DNA of 64,000 nt. Origin: Thermodesulfobacteriota bacterium. GTDB lineage: Bacteria; Desulfobacterota_D; UBA1144; Nemesobacterales; Nemesobacteraceae. Below are positions 19,795-27,317 of the stretch, piece by piece; the first letter of the stretch is position 1, and each line of letters begins with the position of its first letter. The notes below the pieces were generated by a model that did no database searches, had not been told where the DNA came from, and saw nothing but the letters and a program-made list of their open reading frames with translations. The position numbers and the translations under genes are program-made. The DNA is taken from positions 896,001 to 960,000 of the forward strand of contig OZ241855.1 of NCBI GenBank assembly GCA_965202785.1, written 5' to 3'.

Positions 19795-20546
19795 ACCAGA
19801 AACTTGGACTGCTGTTCAAAATATCAATGGTTGAGCTGGGCATCATAGCCCTTATAGGGGTGGTGTTCTATTTTCAGTTTGACAATGCAAAAAAAGAGTT
19901 TGTCACTAAGACCAGAGCCATAGCCGAGACTATAGGCGACCAGGCGACCAGTTTCTATCAGGATCACGGAGAGGCACCCACAAGCGACGAGTTCTATCTT
20001 TTTCTTGACGAAAGGCTGGGCAGGGAGAAGCTGTTTAACACCTTCGGGATCTCGCCAAAGTTTTTCAGCGTTACTTTCACCAAACAGCCGGAGAACGAAT
20101 TGGCTTCCGGGCACTTTATGGAAAGCACTTATCCGCCCGAGGGGTATTCGGTTGAAAAATACGCAGGAAAGATCTCCGTTTCTGTTCCGTTTCTCTCCCC
20201 GCAGGTCGAGGGGCCGCTCGGCATAGTTAAGATCGATTCCGATACGAAAACATTGATGAAAAAGGTTTTCGCCGACAACTTCCTGCTTTACGTAGCCATT
20301 TTGATGGTGCTCAACAATCAGGCCTTCATTCTTCATCTGTTCTTAAGAAGGAGGAAGGAGGAGATTCCCTTCAGCGAGGGTTATCTCAAGGAACACTCCA
20401 TAAGCGCGCTTAAGCTGATGCACAAGGTGCTTGGAGACATAATAGAAGACCACGCTTCTGAAGATAAAAAAACCGCGAAAGAGAAAACCGTGGATACGCC
20501 AAACGTAATTTCGATTTCAAATGCGGGTACTAAACTGGAAAAATGA
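19785..20546 (+). CDS. Hypothetical 2-TM membrane protein with a periplasmic domain
   Basis: Two hydrophobic segments flanking about 135 aa; overlaps the XRE gene stop. Confidence 0.75.
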   Translation: MRLNQKLGLLFKISMVELGIIALIGVVFYFQFDNAKKEFVTKTRAIAETIGDQATSFYQDHGEAPTSDEFYLFLDERLGREKLFNTFGISPKFFSVTFTKQPENELASGHFMESTYPPEGYSVEKYAGKISVSVPFLSPQVEGPLGIVKIDSDTKTLMKKVFADNFLLYVAILMVLNNQAFILHLFLRRRKEEIPFSEGYLKEHSISALKLMHKVLGDIIEDHASEDKKTAKEKTVDTPNVISISNAGTKLEK

Positions 20547-20908
20547 AAAAGAGCTTCCTAATCACTTCATTGTTTCTCCTTGCGGCCTTTGTTCTTGCGG
20601 CCTGCACCGCGGAGGAATCCGCCGTTGAACTCGACGGGCCGGTTCTCCAGACCGAGAACTTTGACGGAAGCGTGGATTTTAACGGCGCCGTGGTGAACAC
20701 AGCGGATTTTCCGGTACAGTCGGTTTACGTCGTTATATTCGCAAAGGATTCGGATGGAAACGCCCTTGCCGCGACCTCCGCTCTTGTTGAGGAAGGGGAA
20801 AGACTTGATCCTACGGAAAGCTTTTTCTTCACAGCCAGTTTCGATGATCTTCCCCCGGAAGCCCATTCTAGGGAAGTGCAAATATATTACGATCTTGTGG
20901 AAGAGTAG
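20543..20908 (+). CDS. Hypothetical lipoprotein (FxLYD-like Ig fold)
   Basis: Lipobox LAAC; GAVVNT..FPV.SVYVVIFAKDSDGN...LDPTESFFF; ATGA overlap with the upstream gene. Confidence 0.75.
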   Translation: MKKSFLITSLFLLAAFVLAACTAEESAVELDGPVLQTENFDGSVDFNGAVVNTADFPVQSVYVVIFAKDSDGNALAATSALVEEGERLDPTESFFFTASFDDLPPEAHSREVQIYYDLVEE

Positions 20909-20923
20909 TTTCCTATCCCCGGT

Positions 20924-22009
20924 TTGTTGATTTCTCCTTTTAAAAAATTGGCTTTCGGTAAACTTCACCGCCCAGATTCGCTCCCTGAAGGGAAAGATGC
21001 CGTGGCTGGAATAGATATAGGCTCAAGTTCCGTTAAGGTTGTGGAACTTTCCTACAGGGGTGGAAACTACCGGCTTGAGAATATGGGAGAGGCTATGCTT
21101 CCTAGAGATGCGGTAATCCGCAAGTCGATTTCAAGGGGCGACATAGTTTCGGGGGTTGTATCAAGTCTCGTTTCTAGGCTCGGTGTGAGAACGAAAAAGG
21201 CGGTTATAGGGGTTTCCGGCGAAGCTGTTGCTTTAAAAGTCGTCAATGTTCCCAGAATTTTTCTCAGAAAGGATATGGAAAAGCTTGTTCCGGACCTTGT
21301 GAGAACCAGTCTTTGCAGAAACGTTAACGGGGTTAATTACAGCTACACTCCGCTTTTCCGCCGCAACGGAAAATCCGAAGAGACTCAGGTGCTGGTTGCG
21401 GCAGTTTCGAAAAAAACGGCGCAGGAGTATAAAAGTTCGCTTTTCTCGGCGGGCCTTCGCGCCCGGGTAATTGATGTTGACGCCATGGCTCTTTCAAACA
21501 GCTACGCAACTTTTTGCCGAGGTCGCGGTCAAAAGGTGGCGCTTGTGAACATCGGAGCGTCAGGGACTAACTTGAGCGTTTTGGACGGCACAGTGCCTTT
21601 TATACTGAGGGATATTCCGCTTGGAGGGCAATGGATTACGCTTCGTTTGATGGAGAAATTCGAAATTACCTACGAGGAGGCGGAGAGAATAAAGTTCAGC
21701 ATTAAGGGTTATGGCAGATATGACGAGATAGAAAGTGTTTTCACTGATTTCGTTGCTCGTGCCATAGATGAGATAAAGATGGTTCTTGACGAAGCTGGAG
21801 ACGTAATCGACCAAATAATTCTTTCCGGTGGATCTTCAAGAATAGCAACTCTCGCCGATACGCTTGGAGAGGCTACGGGGGTTCCGGTCGAGATTTCGAA
21901 TCCTTTTCGAAACATCACTGTTTCGGATTCGCATTTTGATCCTGAATACATTGAACATCTGGCCCCAAAGATGGCGGTTGCGGTGGGGCTTGCGCTCAGG
22001 GGTTTGTGA
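20924..22009 (+). CDS. pilM: Type IV pilus assembly protein PilM (actin-like ATPase fold)
   Basis: GIDIGSSSVKVVEL, VLVAA, IDVDAMALSN, NIGAS, ILSGGSS, AVAVGLALRG. Confidence 0.88.
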   Translation: MLISPFKKLAFGKLHRPDSLPEGKDAVAGIDIGSSSVKVVELSYRGGNYRLENMGEAMLPRDAVIRKSISRGDIVSGVVSSLVSRLGVRTKKAVIGVSGEAVALKVVNVPRIFLRKDMEKLVPDLVRTSLCRNVNGVNYSYTPLFRRNGKSEETQVLVAAVSKKTAQEYKSSLFSAGLRARVIDVDAMALSNSYATFCRGRGQKVALVNIGASGTNLSVLDGTVPFILRDIPLGGQWITLRLMEKFEITYEEAERIKFSIKGYGRYDEIESVFTDFVARAIDEIKMVLDEAGDVIDQIILSGGSSRIATLADTLGEATGVPVEISNPFRNITVSDSHFDPEYIEHLAPKMAVAVGLALRGL

Positions 22010-22047
22010 ATAGAAGAAAAAGCTGGTAAGAAATTCCGCGTACCGGA

Positions 22048-22230
22048 TCAGTTTCTTGACGGTATAAGGTGGACTATCAGAGAGACCGCAAGCGCGACTG
22101 CGCCGACTACCGAGAGAACCTTAAAGTAAAAAGACCAGTCAAGTGAGAATTTGAGGGAGATTCCGAAACCTACTATAAAGAGAACAAGCGCGGTTATGAG
22201 GATCCCTCCGAGGATGTTTGTTCTAAGCAT
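22048..22230 (-). CDS. Small two-helix membrane protein (60 aa)
   Basis: GGAG SD, two TM segments, fills an intergenic gap. Confidence 0.65.
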   Translation of the reverse strand: MLRTNILGGILITALVLFIVGFGISLKFSLDWSFYFKVLSVVGAVALAVSLIVHLIPSRN

Positions 22231-22343
22231 AAGAAACTCCAGAAAGCAGAATTAATAAAAACGGCACTATTGTATACAAGACCCCATAAATTTCAATTTT
22301 TAAAGCAGGGAATCTCCCGTGGCTGGAAAGCCGGGTTTATATC

Positions 22344-24302
22344 ATGGCAAGTAAAAGAGAATCGCGGATTCTAAAACTGCTCAGTCAAAAAGAGGGAAGA
22401 AGCCTCTCCGAGGGCAATATTCTCCGAGGGCTTGATATGCCCGAGAGAAAAAGAAAAAATCTCCGTGCCGCACTTGAGCGTATGGTTCTTGAGGGCACGA
22501 TCAGAAGGACTTCTAAAGGGCGCTACCGCCTCGGAAAATATGAAAAAAAACCCGCCGGGCAAGACCACCGGCGTCCGAATTTTCCCGGTCACACCTTAAA
22601 CGGGAACCGGAAAAATATCGGATCGAACGGCCTGTCCAACGGGAACTCCCTGAGGGTTTTGGCCGATCTGCGAAAAACCCCAAAGGGTTTTGTTGCATGC
22701 CCGAGAAAGGCGGAGATTCCCGAGTGTGAGATTGAAAGCAGAGGTGGGGAAAGGAGCTTCTCCGACGGGGAACTCGTGGTTATAGAGATTGGACTTGGGA
22801 AGACATCGGCGAGAGTGACCGAGCGTCTTGGGGTATCCGGAGAGATTGAAACTGAAAAGAAGGGGATTATCTCCGAGTATGGTCTTCCGAAGGGTTTTTC
22901 GCGCAGCGTGACCAAAGAAGTCGGCAACCTGAGCGCGGAACTTCCAAACGGTGATCTTTCGGCGAGGGTGAATCTTGAGAGGGAAAACATTTTCACCATA
23001 GACGGGGATGACGCAAAGGATTTTGACGATGCCGTGGGCATAAAAAGAATCCGCAAGGGCAAGGGATACAGACTCTGGGTAAGCATAGCGGATGTTTCTC
23101 ATTACGTGCTATCCGGGAGTGCGTGCGATGAGGAGGCCGCGCGCAGGGCTACCAGCACCTATCTCTCGGACAGGGTTATTCCCATGCTTCCCAAGCGGCT
23201 CTCGAATGATCTCTGCAGCCTGCGGCCGAAAAAAAGACGGCTTACCAAAACAGTCGAGATGGATTTTGATTCCTCGGGAAGGCTTAAGGACTCAAGGATA
23301 TACAACAGCGTGATCAAAAGCTCTGCGAGACTTACCTATTCCAAGGCCGCGGCCGTTTTGGAAGGAAACAGCACTGCCTCATCCTCGCTCAGTAAAAGTA
23401 TAACTTCTTCCCTGATTGTGATGAGAGAGCTCTATGGCAAGCTCAAGGAGCTTAGAATCGGAAAAGGAGGTCTTGACTTTGATTTCCCCGAGGCCGTGCT
23501 TCTTCGCAATTCCTCAGGAGAGGTAAGGGACGTCGACAGGCTTAAGCGAAACACGGCCCACGAGATAATAGAGGAGTTCATGATCATGGCCAACTCCGTA
23601 GTTGCGGAGTTTGTCTTTAGAAACGGTTTTGAATCGATCTACAGAATTCACGAGCCCCCGGATCCGGATTCAATAAAGCAGCTGCGCGAAAGCCTTCTCA
23701 AAATAGGAATCAAGGCGAACCTGGGAGCAAGAGCAAAACAGCCTGACATCCAGGCGGTGATGAAGACCGCTTCGGGAAGACGGGACCGGGAGCAGATAAA
23801 CTTCATGATTCTGCGCGCGCTTAAAAAAGCTGTCTACTCGACAAAGCATATTCCCCATTTCGGTCTTGCGATAGACGATTACACTCATTTCACTTCGCCC
23901 ATAAGAAGATATCCCGATCTTGTTGTTCACAGGATTGTCGACGACATACTGGAGAAAAAAGACCCTTCCTACGATTCTGCTCTTCTCAAAAAGATCGCCG
24001 AACGCTGCTCAATTCTGGAGAGGACGGCCGAGGGTGCGGAACGTCAGTTTATGAACCTCGAGACCGCGAATTTCATGAAAACCCGCGTGGGCGAAGTCTT
24101 CCACGGGAAAATACTCAGCATACATCCCTTCGGAGTCTTCATAGAAATAAAGGAACACTTCGTCGAAGGACTCATCCCCGAGCACTTTTACAAACACAAG
24201 GGCAAGAAAAGAAAGTGGTTTGAACTCGGAGAAGGTGTTCGCGTAAAGCTCGTGTCGGCCGATCTGGAAAGAAGAAGGCTCACCTTTGATCTGGTATCCT
24301 GA
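22344..24302 (+). CDS. rnr: Ribonuclease R (RNB family)
   Basis: TIDGDDAKDFDDA, IADVSHYV, IEEFMIMAN, HFTSPIRRYPDL, C-terminal S1 domain. Confidence 0.93.
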   Translation: MASKRESRILKLLSQKEGRSLSEGNILRGLDMPERKRKNLRAALERMVLEGTIRRTSKGRYRLGKYEKKPAGQDHRRPNFPGHTLNGNRKNIGSNGLSNGNSLRVLADLRKTPKGFVACPRKAEIPECEIESRGGERSFSDGELVVIEIGLGKTSARVTERLGVSGEIETEKKGIISEYGLPKGFSRSVTKEVGNLSAELPNGDLSARVNLERENIFTIDGDDAKDFDDAVGIKRIRKGKGYRLWVSIADVSHYVLSGSACDEEAARRATSTYLSDRVIPMLPKRLSNDLCSLRPKKRRLTKTVEMDFDSSGRLKDSRIYNSVIKSSARLTYSKAAAVLEGNSTASSSLSKSITSSLIVMRELYGKLKELRIGKGGLDFDFPEAVLLRNSSGEVRDVDRLKRNTAHEIIEEFMIMANSVVAEFVFRNGFESIYRIHEPPDPDSIKQLRESLLKIGIKANLGARAKQPDIQAVMKTASGRRDREQINFMILRALKKAVYSTKHIPHFGLAIDDYTHFTSPIRRYPDLVVHRIVDDILEKKDPSYDSALLKKIAERCSILERTAEGAERQFMNLETANFMKTRVGEVFHGKILSIHPFGVFIEIKEHFVEGLIPEHFYKHKGKKRKWFELGEGVRVKLVSADLERRRLTFDLVS

Positions 24303-24364
24303 CCGTTTTTTCCGGTTTCTTCAAAGACTTGCGCTGGGCGAAGTTTTTTAGGGTCATTGACGGC

Positions 24365-25477
24365 TTACCTTGAGATAGCATCCGGCAAGCGGTAGCTTGT
24401 GCTTCGTCCGCCACCGGGGTTCTGAATAAAAATCCCGCGTGACTTTAGGTCTTGGATATCCCTTAGTGCCGTGTCGGGAGAGCACTTGGCCAGTTTAGCA
24501 TATTTTGAGGTATTCATATGCCCTTTAAAACCATCTTCTAGCATGCGATTAATAATCAGACGCTGACGTTCATTGACAGGTCGCCGATTAACTTTTTCCC
24601 ATAGTTGCGCTTTAAACAAGACAGCGCTCAGTGCCTCTTCGGCGTTGGCAATAGCGCGGCCGAAGCAATCCAAGAACCATTCAAGCCAACCCGTTACCTC
24701 CGGCGCGCTGCGCTGCTGCTTTTCCAGTTGGTCATAATAATCCTTACGCTCAGATTCAAATTGCGATGAAAGGCTGTAAAAGCGGTGCGGCATGCCGTCA
24801 GCGCGCGCCAGGGCCATATCGGCAATCGCTCTACCAATACGTCCATTACCATCTTCAAATGGATGAACCGTCACAAACCACAAATGAGCAATACCGGCTC
24901 TGAGCACAGGGTCAGTATCATCTTTGCTCTCAAACCATGCCAGAAACTCTGTCATCTCATGCTCAAGACGCTCCGCATCCGGGGCTTCAAAATGAACTTT
25001 TTCACGTCCAATAGGGCCAGAAACCACTTGCATTGAACCTGATTCCGCGGAGCGCCATCCACCGACTGCGATACGACGCATGCCGCTACGACCAGTTGAA
25101 AATAGCGCGGCATGCCAGTCAAACAGCCTCTCTTTTGTTAAGGGTTTGGCAGATTGCTGAGTCGCATCCAGCATGATTTCGACAATCCCTTCGACATCTC
25201 GGTTCACTGGCACGGGGCTAGCGATATGAATGCCCAGTCGGCGGGCGATTGACGAACGAACCTCTCGGGGATTCAGATTTTCCCCCTCGATGGCCGATGA
25301 TTTAACAACGTCGCTTGTCAAAGTGCTTAGACTTGCTTCTCTCTTCAGTTCAAAACCTAATCCTTCCATTCTGCCTAATAAACGGCCCTGACGGTGCCGA
25401 ATATCTGCAAGCTTAGAAGCGAGTTTTCCGCTGTCCCAAGTGAAGTCCGGCCAACTCTGATGTTTGTATATCCACAT
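24365..25477 (-). CDS. Fic family protein with N-terminal DUF4172 and C-terminal HTH
   Basis: MWIYKHQSWPDFTWD, SSAIEGE, HPFEDGNGRIGR, DTALRDIQDL, GGRSTSY; alternative GTG start at 25486. Confidence 0.93.
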   Translation of the reverse strand: MWIYKHQSWPDFTWDSGKLASKLADIRHRQGRLLGRMEGLGFELKREASLSTLTSDVVKSSAIEGENLNPREVRSSIARRLGIHIASPVPVNRDVEGIVEIMLDATQQSAKPLTKERLFDWHAALFSTGRSGMRRIAVGGWRSAESGSMQVVSGPIGREKVHFEAPDAERLEHEMTEFLAWFESKDDTDPVLRAGIAHLWFVTVHPFEDGNGRIGRAIADMALARADGMPHRFYSLSSQFESERKDYYDQLEKQQRSAPEVTGWLEWFLDCFGRAIANAEEALSAVLFKAQLWEKVNRRPVNERQRLIINRMLEDGFKGHMNTSKYAKLAKCSPDTALRDIQDLKSRGIFIQNPGGGRSTSYRLPDAISR

Positions 25478-25480
25478 GTT

Positions 25481-25580
25481 ATTCACCGTATTATTTGCAG
25501 TGATTATAACCTTGTTCTCCGTAGAAGCAAGAAAAATTGCCGCAAAATATGCGGTGAATGAAATCGCTATTCACCGCATA
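25481..25580. repeat. Array of TTCACCGCA-like direct and inverted motifs upstream of the Fic gene
   Basis: Perfect 12-bp inverted repeat TATGCGGTGAAT (25548-59)/ATTCACCGCATA (25569-80), plus degenerate copies near 25481, 25496, 25515 and 25537. Confidence 0.75.
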
Positions 25581-25706
25581 GCGCCAAGTTCTCTTGATAG
25601 CGTATCCATCCAGCCGGCAGGATGCATCAAATAAAACATAAAATTTGCATGGTAGATTATATTTCAAAGGTTGTAATTTGTATCATTGCCTATCGTGGAG
25701 TATGTG

Positions 25707-26249
25707 ATGGAACTTGAAACACTCTGGCAGAAATATAGAGCTAATATAAAAGCATTTTTACATTCAAGGGTTTCTAATCCAGACGATGTTGATGACTTGT
25801 TGCAGGAGGTATTAATCAAAACCTACAAAAACCTCGACACGCTTGCCTCAGAAAACAGCATCAAGCCATGGCTGTTCCAGGTTGCAAACAATACGATTAT
25901 TGACTTTTACCGCAAAAAAGGACGTCTGAATAAGTTCATACATGACGACTTTCATTTGGATGAAGAAGATTCTGATACACAAGATGAGCTTGCGCGGTGC
26001 ATAGAGTCTTTCATTAAAAACCTGCCACAACAGAATGCAGAACTTTTAACAGTTATTGATATAAAAGGTCGATCGCAAAAAGAGTATGCAGAGGAGACAG
26101 GCGTTAGTTATTCCACACTTAAATCCCGTGTGCAAAAAAGCCGAGATTTGTTGCGAAAGCTCTTTGATGATTGCTGTCATTTATCTTTTGACCAATTTGG
26201 CAGAGTTATTGAATACACTCCAAAGTCAGGCGATTGTAAAAATTGTTAA
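25707..26249 (+). CDS. sigZ: ECF RNA polymerase sigma factor, SigZ-like
   Basis: DDLLQEV, WLFQVANNTIIDFYRK, SQKEYAEETGVSYSTLKSRVQKSR, DCCH. Confidence 0.87.
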   Translation: MELETLWQKYRANIKAFLHSRVSNPDDVDDLLQEVLIKTYKNLDTLASENSIKPWLFQVANNTIIDFYRKKGRLNKFIHDDFHLDEEDSDTQDELARCIESFIKNLPQQNAELLTVIDIKGRSQKEYAEETGVSYSTLKSRVQKSRDLLRKLFDDCCHLSFDQFGRVIEYTPKSGDCKNC

Positions 26250-26316
26250 GTTTTTTTCGTCTTTTTTGTTTGCTGCACGTCTTACAGGTAAAGCAACCAA
26301 AAAATAGGAGTTAAAG

Positions 26317-27024
26317 ATGATTAAAGTTATCAGCTTCAAAATTTGTCCATTCGTTCAGCGCGTGACTGCTTTGCTTGAAGCTAAGAATTTGCCGTATGAA
26401 CTGGAATACGTTGACCTAGGCAAGAAACCGCAATGGTTTTTAGACATATCACCAACAGGACAAGTTCCTGTGCTGATTACGGAAGATGGAACGGCATTAT
26501 TTGAATCCGATGCTATCGTTGAATATCTGGATGAGGTTTTTGAACCTTTAGAATCCGATCTTACGCCGGAACAACGTGCTCTTGATCGCGCATGGAACTA
26601 TCAAGCCACAAAACATTACCTTGTGCAATGTTCTGCACAACGTAGTGCTGATAAAGATACTCTTATAGAGCGTTCAGCAAAATTGGGTAAAGCGTTTGAA
26701 AAAGCCGAAAAAGCTCTGGGCGAAGGTCCATATTTTAAAGGAAAAACATTCAGCAATGTTGATGTTGCCTGGATACCTTTACTTCATCGCGCGGCAATTA
26801 CTGAAAAACATAGCTGCTATGATTTCTTGGCTCAATATCCGAAGGTCAAGGCATGGCAGGCTTCACTTTTAAAAACGGATGTGGTGACAAACTCGGTTGC
26901 AGATGATTTTGAGAAAGCTTTTACGGGTTTTTATTTATCTGATGAAACTTTTCTGGGTAAATATAAAGAGTGCTCTACAGAGCCATTTAGTAGAAAATCC
27001 TGTGAAGCGTATGAATGTTGCTAG
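26317..27024 (+). CDS. Glutathione S-transferase (omega-like, CPF active site)
   Basis: ICPFVQRV, KPQWFLDISPTGQVPVL, LFESDAIVEYLDE. Confidence 0.92.
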   Translation: MIKVISFKICPFVQRVTALLEAKNLPYELEYVDLGKKPQWFLDISPTGQVPVLITEDGTALFESDAIVEYLDEVFEPLESDLTPEQRALDRAWNYQATKHYLVQCSAQRSADKDTLIERSAKLGKAFEKAEKALGEGPYFKGKTFSNVDVAWIPLLHRAAITEKHSCYDFLAQYPKVKAWQASLLKTDVVTNSVADDFEKAFTGFYLSDETFLGKYKECSTEPFSRKSCEAYECC

Positions 27025-27133
27025 GATTTGAATTATGCGGAAATGCATATGACTAAAATCTGATGCGTTAGAATAGAATAAAGCCATGTGTTTCCCGTTC
27101 TCAGAGTTCGAGAATGTGAACAACTGTACTGAG

Positions 27134-27224
27134 TGGCGGAGGGAGTGGGATTCGAACCCACGAGGGCCAAAAAGACCCCACTGGTTTTCGAGACCAGCGC
27201 CTTAAACCACTCGGCCATCCCTCC
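27134..27224 (-). tRNA. tRNA-Ser (CGA), CCA encoded
   Basis: Reverse complement GGAGGGATGGCCGAGTGGTTTAAGGCG CTGGT-CTCGAAA-ACCAG, long variable arm, GGTTCGAATCC, ends CCCTCCGCCA. Confidence 0.97.
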
Positions 27225-27317
27225 CGACCCGCAAAACAGGCTACCGAAGCCCGAGGGGCAAGGCAACATCTCCCGGGAAGTTTTGTTATTAACCCCTCCG
27301 TGTAAAATTAAGCGGAT

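Noticed and set aside
24303-24364. att-like duplicate of the tRNA-Ser 3' end at the far boundary of the islet
   Set aside because: No convincing direct repeat found by eye
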